Counted from the first letter of the stretch, positions 39,386 through 48,829 are shown. The stretch: DNA of 64,000 bases from Isoptericola halotolerans (GCF_013149785.1 NZ_JABEZU010000001.1:620001-684000), one strand, 5' to 3'. Notes: generated from the letters alone by a model not told the origin. Numbers and translations are program-made.

Positions 39386-39991
39386 GTGGAGCTGTCGCTG
39401 GTGCTCGGCCCGATGAAGTCCGGCAAGTCGCTCGACCTCATCGCGCAGGTCGCCCCGCTGGCGTACTCGCGGCTGAGCTGCGCCGTCGTGCAGTCCGCCC
39501 GGCACGTGCGCGACGCGCAGATCGTCTCGCGCACGGGGGCCTCGCTGCCCACGATCAAGCTGGAGACGCTCGAACCGCTGCTGCACACGGACGAGGACGT
39601 CGTCGCGATCGACGAGGTCCACATGTTCACCCCCGCCGACGTCCGCGTCGTCGAGGAGCTGGTGCTGCGCGGCACCCGGGTCATCGCCTGCGGCATCGAC
39701 CTCGACCATCGGGGCGAGCTGTTCGCGACGATCCGCGCCCTGCTGGAGCTCGGCCCCACGGATGTCCGGTACCGCCGAGCGGTGTGCGACCGGTGCCAGG
39801 ACCTGCACGCGGCGTTCACGCAGGTGCTCAGCGGCGGGGTGCCGTTCCTCGAACCGCTCGGGGCCTCCGAGCCGTTGCCCGACGACGGCACCTTCACCTA
39901 CGAGGCGCTGTGCCGCCGCTGCTTCGTGCTGCCGGAGACGGCGATCGTCACCGGCTCGCCCGGCGTGCCGCGGGCCACCGCGCAGCCGTAG
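39386..39991 (+). CDS. tdk: Thymidine kinase
   Basis: SD GGAGG + GTG; GPMKSGKS, IVSRTG, AIDEVH, GIDLDHRGELF, Zn ligands CDRC and LCRRC. Confidence 0.85.
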   Translation: MELSLVLGPMKSGKSLDLIAQVAPLAYSRLSCAVVQSARHVRDAQIVSRTGASLPTIKLETLEPLLHTDEDVVAIDEVHMFTPADVRVVEELVLRGTRVIACGIDLDHRGELFATIRALLELGPTDVRYRRAVCDRCQDLHAAFTQVLSGGVPFLEPLGASEPLPDDGTFTYEALCRRCFVLPETAIVTGSPGVPRATAQP

Positions 39992-40079
39992 CGGCTCCGC
40001 GGCACGGCCGCGAGAACGCCGCCGGCCCGGACCCGACCGCACCTCGGCCGACATCCTCACGACGTGGCACCATCGTGCC

Positions 40080-40805
40080 GTGACGACGACGCCTGAGCCC
40101 TCCGAGAACCCGTACCGCGTCCTGGTGCTCGCCGGTCGTGGCCGCTACGAGGACCCGTGGCACGACCACGCCGCGACGAGCCACCGCCTCGCCCTGGCGC
40201 TGGACGAGCTGGAGCTCGGGGGCAGGACCACCGACGTCGTCGTGCGATCCACCTTCCCCGACGCGCTCGACGACCTCGACGACGTCGACCTGCTGGTGGT
40301 CAACGCCGGCACCTCCTGGCCGGGTTTCCGCGAGGCGGGCATCGGGCCCGACGACGACGCGTGGGCGCCGTTCCACGCCCGGCTCGACGCCTGGGCACGG
40401 GACGACGGGCGGGTCCTCGCGGTGCACCAGTCGGCCAACACGTTCGACGACGCCCCGGGCTGGGAGGAGATCCTCGGGGGCCGTTGGGTGCCGGACACCT
40501 CGTACCACCCGCCGTTCCGCCGGACCGAGGTCACCCTGGCCACCGGCGGGCACCCGATCATCGCCGGGTCGCCCGGCTCGGTCGACCTCGACGACGAGCG
40601 GTACTGCGCGCTGCGGGTCGCGGCGTCGTCCGAGGTGCTCGGCTGGGTCCCTGACGACGACGGCGGGCGGCAGCCGGTCGTGTGGGCGACGGAGGAGCAC
40701 GGGGGCCGCACGGTGTACAGCGGTCTCGGGCACGACGTGCGGGCCTACGACTCCCCGGGCTACCGGAACCTGCTGCTGCGCGCCGCCACCTGGTTGCTGG
40801 CGTGA
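40080..40805 (+). CDS. ThuA-like domain protein
   Basis: YEDPWHD, WEEILGGRW, HPPF, DERY, YSGLGHD. Confidence 0.8.
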   Translation: MTTTPEPSENPYRVLVLAGRGRYEDPWHDHAATSHRLALALDELELGGRTTDVVVRSTFPDALDDLDDVDLLVVNAGTSWPGFREAGIGPDDDAWAPFHARLDAWARDDGRVLAVHQSANTFDDAPGWEEILGGRWVPDTSYHPPFRRTEVTLATGGHPIIAGSPGSVDLDDERYCALRVAASSEVLGWVPDDDGGRQPVVWATEEHGGRTVYSGLGHDVRAYDSPGYRNLLLRAATWLLA

Positions 40806-41407
40806 GGGTTCGTGCCCTGATCTCCGGCGCCGTCGGCGTGGTCCTGGTCCTCGGGGTCGCGCCTCCTGCGTCGGCGCACAACTACGTGGTGAGCACGGAC
40901 CCGGCCGAGGACGAGGACGCCACCACGGCCGTCGAGGAGGTCTCTGTCACGTTCAACGACGTGGTGCTCGACCTGGGCCGCGACGCCACCACGGTCGATG
41001 TCACGGGACCCGACGGCAGGCACCACGCCGTCGCCTGCCCCGAGCTGTCCGACGAGACGGTGTCCGTCCCGGTCGAGCTGGGCGGGCCGGGGGAGTACCG
41101 GGTCGCCTGGCGGATCGTCTCGGCCGACGGTCACCCGGTCTCGGGCGACTTCACCTTCACCTACACCCCTCCGTCGGGCACCGACGAGGCCGCGGGCGCC
41201 GCTGGACCCGTGTGCGCGCCGGCCGGAGCCGGCACGGGGGAGGCGGAGGACGCGCAGGGCGACCAGAGCACCTCCGGCTCCACCCCGCCGGCCGGCGTGC
41301 TGATCGCCGTCGCGGGCGGCACGGTCCTGCTGGGCGTCGCGGTCGTGCTCGCCCTCGTCGTGGCGGGCCGCCAGCACCGACGCCGACAGGACGGCGCCTC
41401 GGACTGA
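40802..41407 (+). CDS. copC: CopC-family copper-binding protein with C-terminal membrane anchor
   Basis: Signal ASA-HNYVVSTDP (mature N-terminal His), WRIVSADGHPVSG. Confidence 0.88.
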   Translation: MRVRALISGAVGVVLVLGVAPPASAHNYVVSTDPAEDEDATTAVEEVSVTFNDVVLDLGRDATTVDVTGPDGRHHAVACPELSDETVSVPVELGGPGEYRVAWRIVSADGHPVSGDFTFTYTPPSGTDEAAGAAGPVCAPAGAGTGEAEDAQGDQSTSGSTPPAGVLIAVAGGTVLLGVAVVLALVVAGRQHRRRQDGASD

Positions 41408-41482
41408 CGGGTCCGGCATCCTGGTCAACTGGTCCCGGTGGACGATCAACTCCGTGGGACGGCGGCGGCACAGCATGGTCGG

Positions 41483-42646
41483 GTGACCACCTCGACACGT
41501 CCCCCGACCGCGCCGACGGCGAGAGCGACCTGGACCCCCGTCCTCTCCCTGACCTTCGGCATCACCATGCTGGTCTCCAGCGAGTTCCTGCCCGCCGGGG
41601 TGCTGCCCGGGCTGGCCGCCGACCTCGGCGTCACCGAGGGCACCGCCGGCCTGGCCGTCGCCGCGACCGCCGTGGCCGGGCTGCTCACCGCCCCCACCAT
41701 CGCCGTGGTGGTGCCCCGTGCCGACCGCAGGACCGTGCTGTCCGCCCTGCTGGCGGTCGGCGCCGTGGCCAACCTCGTCGTCGCCGTCGCGCCGTCGTTC
41801 GGCGTGCTGCTGGCCGGCCGGCTCCTGCTGGGCGTCGCCGTCGCCGGCTACTGGGCCTTCGCGTTCGCGGCGGGCATCCGGGCCGTGCCGGGCCGCGCCG
41901 CCACCGTCTCGACCACCCTCGCCCTCGGCGTCAGCATCGCCACCATCGCCGGGGTGCCGCTGGGGTCGCTCCTGGGCGACGTGTTCGGCTGGCGGCTCGT
42001 GTTCGCCCTGGCCGCGCTGCTCACGGCCGCCAGCGCCGTCGCCGTGTGGATCTCGATGCCGAGCGTGCCCGCGCAGCCGGGTGCCGGCCTGGCGATGCTG
42101 CGCCAGGCCCTGGCGCACCGGCGGCTCATGCTCGGGATCGGGTTCCTCTTCGTGGCGGTGCTGGGCAACTTCGCGGCCTACCCGTTCATCCGCCTCGCCA
42201 TCGAGAGGGTGGATGTCTCGGCGGTCGCGCTGCTGCTGCTCCTGTGGGGCCTCGGTGGCCTGGGCGGCAACCTCGCCGCGGGGGCTCTGTCCCGTCGGTT
42301 GCGGCTGGCCACGACGGCCGGACCGGCGCTGTTCGCGCTCGCGCTGGCCGTGCTGGCCGGGGCGGACACGTTGTGGGTGGCGGTGCCGGCGGTGATCCTG
42401 TGGGGCTTCGGGATGAACATGGTCCCGGTGTCGACCCAGCTCTGGGTGACGACGGCGGAGCCGCGGCGCACCGAGTCGGCGCTCGCGCTGCAGGTGACCG
42501 CGTTCCAGGCCGCGATCATGCTGGGGTCGGTCCTAGGGGGCCGGCTGCTCGACGGGTCAGGTCTGACGCCGGTGCTCCTGACCGGTGCGGTCCTCGCCCT
42601 CGTGGGTGCTGCGGGCTTCGCGAGCCTGCGCGGGCGGACGGGATGA
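41483..42646 (+). CDS. MFS transporter (NepI/AraJ-like)
   Basis: SEFLPAGVLPGLAADLGVTEG, GRLLLG, GVPLGS, multiple TM segments. Confidence 0.9.
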   Translation: MTTSTRPPTAPTARATWTPVLSLTFGITMLVSSEFLPAGVLPGLAADLGVTEGTAGLAVAATAVAGLLTAPTIAVVVPRADRRTVLSALLAVGAVANLVVAVAPSFGVLLAGRLLLGVAVAGYWAFAFAAGIRAVPGRAATVSTTLALGVSIATIAGVPLGSLLGDVFGWRLVFALAALLTAASAVAVWISMPSVPAQPGAGLAMLRQALAHRRLMLGIGFLFVAVLGNFAAYPFIRLAIERVDVSAVALLLLLWGLGGLGGNLAAGALSRRLRLATTAGPALFALALAVLAGADTLWVAVPAVILWGFGMNMVPVSTQLWVTTAEPRRTESALALQVTAFQAAIMLGSVLGGRLLDGSGLTPVLLTGAVLALVGAAGFASLRGRTG

Positions 42647-43471
42647 GTGCGCACGCCAGCAGCGCGGCGTCATCCCGTGCACGCTCGTGAAGGCGCGGCT
42701 GAACGCGGCGACCGACCCGTAGCCGACGGCGAACGCGACGTGGGTGACCGAGCGGTCGTCGTCGGCGAGCAGCTGGCGGGAGCGGTGCATCCGTACCTGG
42801 CGGACGAACTGCAGGGGGCTGGTCCCCAGCGCCACCCGGAATCGCTCGCCGAGGCTGGAGCGGCTCAGGTGCGCGATCCGGGCGAGCTCCTCGAGCGTCC
42901 AGGAGCGGGCGGGGTCGTGGGAGACGGCGGCCACGACCCGTCCGAGCTCGGGGGCGAGGCTCTCGGGGGCGGGCGGGTCGTCGGCCAGCTCGCGGTGGTG
43001 CTTGCGCATGGCCGCGGCGATCAGCTCGCCGTAGCTCGTGGCGAAGTAGCTCAGGTGGTGGGCGGTGGACATCGGGCACATCTCGACCAGGGCGGTGATG
43101 CCGCGGTGCGTGGTGCCGAAGTCGCGCGCGACGAAGTGCTCGGGCAACGGTGGCTCGCCGCCCGACTGGCGGACGGACGCCAGGACGAGTCGCGTGGCTT
43201 CCGTGGTCCGCACCCGGTACGCGTGCGCCCGGCCGAGGAAGGCCGCGTCGCTCGCCGTGAGGACCTCGGTGGCCTGCCACGACTCGACGGCGAGCTCGCC
43301 GTCCAGGACCAGGAGCCAGGCGGACGGGCCGGGAAGGTGGACGGTGGTGCCCGCTCCGAGGTGCTCGACGCTCGACCCGGTCAGCTCCCAGCGGGCGGTA
43401 CGCGGGTCGACGGCGGACGACGTGCCGCTCGGCGCGACGCGTGGGGGCTCCAGGACGACCATGACCGGCAC
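42557..43471 (-). CDS. AraC-family regulator
   Basis: DPARSWTLEELARIAHLSRS, VGYGSVAAFSRAF..GMTP. Confidence 0.9.
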   Translation of the reverse strand: MPVMVVLEPPRVAPSGTSSAVDPRTARWELTGSSVEHLGAGTTVHLPGPSAWLLVLDGELAVESWQATEVLTASDAAFLGRAHAYRVRTTEATRLVLASVRQSGGEPPLPEHFVARDFGTTHRGITALVEMCPMSTAHHLSYFATSYGELIAAAMRKHHRELADDPPAPESLAPELGRVVAAVSHDPARSWTLEELARIAHLSRSSLGERFRVALGTSPLQFVRQVRMHRSRQLLADDDRSVTHVAFAVGYGSVAAFSRAFTSVHGMTPRCWRAHSSRPPAQAREARSTHEGEDRTGQEHRRQT

Positions 43472-43498
43472 AGCGCGACCCGGGCCGGGACTATTCCC

Positions 43499-43978
43499 TC
43501 AGGCTCCGGCGAACCCGGTCTGGCGCCAGGCCTCGTAGACGGCGATCGAGGCCGCGTTGGTCAGGTTCAGGGAGCGGCGTCCGGCCAGCATGGGGATCCG
43601 CAGCTGGTCGGTCACCCGCGGGTGCGCCAGGACGTCGTCGGGCAGGCCGGTGGGCTCCGGCCCGAAGAGCAGCACGTCGCCCGGCGTGTAGGTGACGGAG
43701 GTGTACGACGTCGTCGCCTGCGTGGTGAAGGCGAAGACGCGGGCGTCCGGCAGGGCATCGAGCACGGCGTCCAGCGACGTGTGCACGTCCATGAACGCCA
43801 GGTCGTGGTAGTCCAGCCCGGCCCGCTTGAGCTTGGCCTCGGACAGGTCGAAGCCGAGCGGCTCCACGAGGTGCAGGCGCGCGCCGGTCACCGCGGCGAG
43901 GCGGATCGCCGACCCGGTGTTCCCGGGGATGCGCGGCTCGAAGTACACGACGTGGACGAACGGGTCTGGCTGGGGCAC
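43499..43978 (-). CDS. trmL: tRNA (cytidine/uridine-34 2'-O)-methyltransferase
   Basis: EPRIPGNTG, LVEPLGF, KRAGLDY, FGPEPTGL, RSLNL, YEAWRQ. Confidence 0.93.
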   Translation of the reverse strand: MPQPDPFVHVVYFEPRIPGNTGSAIRLAAVTGARLHLVEPLGFDLSEAKLKRAGLDYHDLAFMDVHTSLDAVLDALPDARVFAFTTQATTSYTSVTYTPGDVLLFGPEPTGLPDDVLAHPRVTDQLRIPMLAGRRSLNLTNAASIAVYEAWRQTGFAGA

Positions 43979-44071
43979 GCCCACGATTCTCGCACCCGCG
44001 CCCGGGGGCTCCTGCGGCCGGACGGCGCGCCTCGTGCAGCAGGCGCGCTGCGCAGCCCCTAGCCTCGATGG

Positions 44072-45178
44072 ATGGAACCCGTACCTGCACAGATGAAGGC
44101 GGTCCAGCTCGTCGGGCACGGCGGTCTGGAACAGCTGGTCTACCGGGAGATCCCCACCCCTGCCCCGGCTCGGGGGGAGGTGCTGATCGACGTGCACGCC
44201 TGCGGCATGAACAACACGGACGTCTGGGTGCGCGAGGGCGCCTACGGCACGGAGACCGACGCCGCGGAGGTGTCGACCTGGCGGCGCGGCCGCTCCACCC
44301 TGGAGTTCCCCCGCATCCAGGGGACCGACACCGTCGGGGTGATCGCCGCGGTCGGCGACGGCGTGCCGGCCGAGCGTGTCGGCGAGCGCGTCATGGTCGA
44401 CTTCAGCATCTACAACAGGCCCGAGGGCGACGAGTCCCTGGCCGACATCGACTACATCGGCCACGGACGCGACGGCGGGTACGCCGAGTACGCCACGGTG
44501 CCCGCCGAGAACGCCTACGAGATCACGTCCGACATCAGCGACGCCGAGCTCGCCACGTTCTGCTGCGCCTACCTCACCGCGGAGCAGATGCTCGACCGCG
44601 CACGGCTGGCTTCCGGCGAGAACATCCTGGTCACGGGGGCCTCCGGCGGGGTGGGCTCGGCGATCGTGCAGCTCGCCCGGGTCCGCGGGGCGATCCCGTA
44701 CGCGGTGACGAGCGCCGGCAAGGAGGACGCGCTGCGCGAGATCGGTGCCGAGGGTGTGATCCTGCGGGACACCGACGACCTCGTGGCCGCGACCGAACGC
44801 GTCGTCGACGGACCGGTCGACGTCGTGGCGGACCTGGTGGCCGGGCCGATGTTCAACGACCTGCTGCGGATCCTGCGACCCGAGGGCCGGTACACCACCG
44901 CCGGGGCGATCGGGGGCCCGGTGGTCGACCTCGACCTGCGCACCATGTACCTCAAGCAGCTCGAGCTGCACGGTTCCTCGCAAGGGACACGGACGGCCTT
45001 CCGCCGGCTGGTGCGCTACATCGAGAGCGGTGAGATCAAGCCGCTGCTGGACCGTGCCTTCCGGTTGTCCGAGTTCCACGAGGCGCAGCGCACCTTCATG
45101 GCCAAGACCTATGTCGGCAAGCTGGTCGTCGTCCCCGACCGGCACTGGGAGACGGTGGGAGCCGATCATGCATCGTGA
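44072..45178 (+). CDS. MDR-family alcohol dehydrogenase/quinone-oxidoreductase-like protein
   Basis: ACGMNNTDVWVREG, PRIQG, DGGYAEY, VTGASGGVG, GKLVV. Confidence 0.9.
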   Translation: MEPVPAQMKAVQLVGHGGLEQLVYREIPTPAPARGEVLIDVHACGMNNTDVWVREGAYGTETDAAEVSTWRRGRSTLEFPRIQGTDTVGVIAAVGDGVPAERVGERVMVDFSIYNRPEGDESLADIDYIGHGRDGGYAEYATVPAENAYEITSDISDAELATFCCAYLTAEQMLDRARLASGENILVTGASGGVGSAIVQLARVRGAIPYAVTSAGKEDALREIGAEGVILRDTDDLVAATERVVDGPVDVVADLVAGPMFNDLLRILRPEGRYTTAGAIGGPVVDLDLRTMYLKQLELHGSSQGTRTAFRRLVRYIESGEIKPLLDRAFRLSEFHEAQRTFMAKTYVGKLVVVPDRHWETVGADHAS

Positions 45179-46217
45179 GCGGACGCTGCACCTCATCGAC
45201 ACCCAGTCCGGCGGGGACGTCAGCCGGATCGTCACGGCCGGCGTCGAGCTCATCCCCGGGACGACCGTGCTGGAGAAGGCTCGATACCTGGAGCGCGAGG
45301 GTGACGGCCTGCGCCGCCTGCTGCTCTCGGAGCCCTACGGCGACCCCGCGATGTCGGTGGACCTCGTCGTGGAGCCGAGCCACCCCGAGGCACAGGCCGG
45401 CTACATCATCATGGAGGCGATGGGATACCCCCTGTACTCGGGGTCCAACACCATCTGCACCGCCACAGCCCTGCTGACCAGCGGCATGATCCCGATGCGC
45501 CCCGACGACGGGCTGCAGGCCGTGGTGCTGGAGTCCCCGGCCGGGCTGGCGCGCATCACCGCACAGATCGCCGGCGGCCGTGTCGAGTCGATCACCACCC
45601 AGGGCGAGCCGGCCTACGTGGCCGACGAAGGGCTCGTCGTCGACGTCCCGCACTACGGCGAGGTGCGGTTCGACCTGGTGTGGAGCGGTGCCTACTACGC
45701 GATGATCGAGGCTGCCGCCCACGGGTTCACCATCAACGCCGAGGAGCAGATCGCGCTGACGGCCTTCGGCGACGCCTTCGTCCGGGCCGCCCGCCCGGGG
45801 CTGCTGGAGGAGCACCCCGAGCTCGGTCACGTCGGCCCGCTGCCGTTCGCGCACTTCATGGGCCCGGTCCGCGGCGTGGGACCCGGCCACCTGGAGTCGC
45901 CGTCGGCGACCTACGTCCACCCCGGCGTGATCTGCCGCAGCCCCACGGGGACCGGCACCTCGGCACGGCTGGCGCTGATGGCTCAGCGCGGCGAGATCGC
46001 CGAGGGCGACGCGCTGGAGACGATCTCCCCGCGCGGCAGCCGGTTCGTCGGCACCGTGCTGGGGGAGGCGCACGTGGGCGCCTACCGGGCGCTGCACTCG
46101 ACCATCACCGGGTCGGCCCGGCTGCTCGCGCACTCGCAGATCACGGTCGACCTGGACGACCCGCTCGTCGACGCCTCCGACCTGGAGCACGTGCTCGCGG
46201 TGCAGGAACCTGCCTGA
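45168..46217 (+). CDS. Proline-racemase-family enzyme with Ser/Thr active-site pair
   Basis: LLLSEPYG, YPLYSGSNTIC, LESPAG, CRSPTGTGTSARLA, TITG; ATG 45168 overlaps the MDR end. Confidence 0.85.
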   Translation: MHRERTLHLIDTQSGGDVSRIVTAGVELIPGTTVLEKARYLEREGDGLRRLLLSEPYGDPAMSVDLVVEPSHPEAQAGYIIMEAMGYPLYSGSNTICTATALLTSGMIPMRPDDGLQAVVLESPAGLARITAQIAGGRVESITTQGEPAYVADEGLVVDVPHYGEVRFDLVWSGAYYAMIEAAAHGFTINAEEQIALTAFGDAFVRAARPGLLEEHPELGHVGPLPFAHFMGPVRGVGPGHLESPSATYVHPGVICRSPTGTGTSARLALMAQRGEIAEGDALETISPRGSRFVGTVLGEAHVGAYRALHSTITGSARLLAHSQITVDLDDPLVDASDLEHVLAVQEPA

Positions 46218-46270
46218 CGGCAGGTGCAACCCCCGCCTTCCCGTCCAGGGACGTGACAACATGCGGTGTG

Positions 46271-47485
46271 ATGACCCGCACGGACCCCGGTGACGCCGCC
46301 CTGCACGACCTCACCGGCCGCGCCTCCACGATGCTCGGCGTCTCGTTGAGCCTGGTCGGTTCGCTCGGCGGCTCGCGGCGGTCCACCGTCGTGCGATACA
46401 CCCGGCCCGGCGGCGACGCCGTCGTCGTCAAGCAGGTGCACGACGACGGCACGGAGGCCCGGGAGAGGTTCGTGCGGGAGGTCGTGGGGCTGAGGGTGCT
46501 CGACGGCGTCCCGCGGGCGCTGGCTCGCGACGACGACGCGATGGTCGTCGTCATGGATGACCTGGGTGACGGGCCGACGCTCGCCGACCTGCTGCTCGCC
46601 GACGATCGCGACACGGCCTGGGAGGGCACACGCGCATGGGCCCGCGCGCTCGGTGTGATGCTGGGACGGTCAGCTGGTCGACTCGGGGAAGCGCGGGAGC
46701 AGTTCGCGGCCGTGGGTGTGGACGCCCGCTGGTCGGCTCGCCACGTCGTGATCCGTGGCCTGTGCGTACTCACCGGGCGTGATCCGGACGATGTCCGCGC
46801 CGGTGACGCCGGCCTTGCCGACGAGCTGGCCCGCGTCGAGGCAGTCCTGCGGCCCAGTGCCTCCGACGTGCTCTCGCCGACCGACACCTGCCCCGACAAC
46901 GCGATCCTGACGAGGGTCGGCTGGCGGTTCCTCGACCTCGAGGGCACCTCTGTCCAGCACGTGGCGCTCGACGCCGCGTACACACTGCTGCCCTTCGCGA
47001 CCTGCTGGTGCGTCTACGACCCGCCCCCCGGCCTCACCGACGATCTGATCGGCACGTTCCGTGCCGGGCTCGGCGAGGCGGCCCCGGCACTGGCGGACTC
47101 ACCCACCTGGGACGACGACGTCGACGCGGCCTGTGCAGGGTGGATCCTGGCTGCGACCGGCTGGATGGAACGCGGCGCGCAGGCGGGAGATCCGCACGTC
47201 GGATTCACCGACCAGGCGCCGCCGTACCGTGAGCTGCTGGTGAACCGCTGGCGCTGGGGCGCGGCCCACCTGGGGTACACGTTCCCGCGGCTGGCCGAGA
47301 TGTTCGCCGACGCCGCCGAGCGCGCCGACGCCGCATGGGACGCACCACGCCTGGCCGGATACCCAGCGTTCGCCTCGTCACGGGTCGTCGGAGAGTCGTT
47401 CCGTCGTGCGTCGGGGCCAGGCTCCGATGTCGTGCGCGCCGACCTCGACGCCTACGTCGACCAGGGGATCGACCCTCGGACCTGA
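46271..47485 (+). CDS. Aminoglycoside-phosphotransferase/kinase-like fold protein
   Basis: LGGSRRSTV, VVVKQ, VMDDLG, PTDTCPDN, FLDLEG. Confidence 0.7.
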   Translation: MTRTDPGDAALHDLTGRASTMLGVSLSLVGSLGGSRRSTVVRYTRPGGDAVVVKQVHDDGTEARERFVREVVGLRVLDGVPRALARDDDAMVVVMDDLGDGPTLADLLLADDRDTAWEGTRAWARALGVMLGRSAGRLGEAREQFAAVGVDARWSARHVVIRGLCVLTGRDPDDVRAGDAGLADELARVEAVLRPSASDVLSPTDTCPDNAILTRVGWRFLDLEGTSVQHVALDAAYTLLPFATCWCVYDPPPGLTDDLIGTFRAGLGEAAPALADSPTWDDDVDAACAGWILAATGWMERGAQAGDPHVGFTDQAPPYRELLVNRWRWGAAHLGYTFPRLAEMFADAAERADAAWDAPRLAGYPAFASSRVVGESFRRASGPGSDVVRADLDAYVDQGIDPRT

Positions 47486-47502
47486 TCCGCTAGCCTGGTC
47501 GC

Positions 47503-47547
47503 ATGACGGGGCGTACCGACTGGTGGCGGCTGCAGCAGCAGTCGTGA
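47503..47547 (+). CDS. Trp leader peptide MTGRTDWWRLQQQS (leaderless)
   Basis: TAGCCT-N6-ATG; tandem TGG TGG; immediately upstream of trpS. Confidence 0.8.
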   Translation: MTGRTDWWRLQQQS

Positions 47548-47566
47548 CCTGACGCGCCCCGAGCCC

Positions 47567-47603
47567 ACGAGTCCCGAGCTGCCCGCCGCAGCCCGGGACT
47601 CGT
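47567..47603 (+). promoter_or_regulatory. Attenuator hairpin of the trpS leader
   Basis: ACGAGTCCCGAGCTGC-CCGCC-GCAGCCCGGGACTCGT; both arms have alternative partners in the leader ORF. Confidence 0.7.
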
Positions 47604-47658
47604 CGCGTTGGTGCCGACGTCGGGCACCGGTGGCCGGCACCCACCGAAGGAGCCGACC

Positions 47659-48798
47659 ATGAGCACCACCACGACCACCAGCCCCAGCCCCGTCGCTGCG
47701 CCAGCACCGGTGCCCGAGACCGACACCGAGACCGCCTCCGTCCGGGCGGCCCGCACCCGCAGCGCCGAGATCGAGCGGCGCATCGCACGCGACCCGAGCA
47801 TGTTCCGGGTGCTCACCGGAGACCGCCCCACGGGCGCGCTGCACCTGGGCCACTACCTCGGCACGCTGGCCAACCGGGTGCGGCTGCAGGACGCCGGCGT
47901 GGACGTCGTCCTCGTCGTCGCCGACTACCAGGTCATCACCGACCGCGACGAGACCGGCAACCTGCCCGCCGTCGTGCGCGAGGTGGTGCTCGACTACCTC
48001 GCGGCCGGCATCGACCCGGGCCGGTCCACGGTGTTCGCCCACTCCTCGGTGGCGGCCCTGCACCAGCTCATGCTGCCGTTCCTGTCGCTGGTGACGGTGG
48101 CCGAGCTGGAGCGCAACCCGACGGTGAAGGCGGAGGCGGTGGATGCTGCCGGCCGGCAGGGGCGCGGCATGTCCGGGCTGCTGCTCACCTACCCGGTCCA
48201 CCAGGCTGCCGACATCCTGGCGGTGCACGGCAACCTGGTGCCGGTGGGCGCCGACCAGCTGCCGCACCTGGAGACCTCGCGGACGGTCGCGCGGCGGTTC
48301 AACCAGCGGTTCAGCGCGGCGCAGCCGTACTTCGCCGAGCCGGAGCCGCTGCTCGCCGACACCCCGACGGTGCTGGGGAACGACGGCGCCAAGATGTCGA
48401 AGTCGCGGGGCAACGTGCTCGAGCTGCGGGCCGACGAGGACGAGACGGCCGCCTACCTGCGGCGGGCCCGGACCGACTCGCAGCGGCACATCACCTTTGA
48501 GCCGGACACCCGCCCGGAGGTGGCGAGCCTGCTGCGGCTGGGCGCGCACTTCGTCGGGACGACGCCGGAGGCCCTGGCGGACACGATCGGTGCGGCCGGC
48601 GCCGGGCGGCTCAAGGAGGTCGTCACCGAGGCGGTCGTCGAGGGGCTCCGCCCGCTCCGTGCCCGACGGCGGTCCCTGGCAGCGGACGGGCCCGCCGTCG
48701 TCGGCGAGGTGCTCGCGCGCGGGGCGCAGCGCGCGACGGTGCTCGCGGAGGGCACGCTCACCGACGTCCGCGAGCTCATGGGGATGACGTACCTCTGA
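47659..48798 (+). CDS. trpS: Tryptophan--tRNA ligase (TrpRS II-like)
   Basis: SD GAAGGAG; TGDRPTGALHLGH, YPVHQAADI, VPVGADQ, KMSKS. Confidence 0.95.
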   Translation: MSTTTTTSPSPVAAPAPVPETDTETASVRAARTRSAEIERRIARDPSMFRVLTGDRPTGALHLGHYLGTLANRVRLQDAGVDVVLVVADYQVITDRDETGNLPAVVREVVLDYLAAGIDPGRSTVFAHSSVAALHQLMLPFLSLVTVAELERNPTVKAEAVDAAGRQGRGMSGLLLTYPVHQAADILAVHGNLVPVGADQLPHLETSRTVARRFNQRFSAAQPYFAEPEPLLADTPTVLGNDGAKMSKSRGNVLELRADEDETAAYLRRARTDSQRHITFEPDTRPEVASLLRLGAHFVGTTPEALADTIGAAGAGRLKEVVTEAVVEGLRPLRARRRSLAADGPAVVGEVLARGAQRATVLAEGTLTDVRELMGMTYL

Positions 48799-48829
48799 GC
48801 CTTAGGTCGCCGAACATGCCCTGACGACG

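Noticed and set aside
43499..45253. 584-aa TrmL fusion
   Set aside because: Upstream part is antisense to the MDR gene; TrmL starts near 43978
47548..47658. T-box riboswitch upstream of trpS
   Set aside because: No T-box consensus visible; the WW leader peptide explains the region
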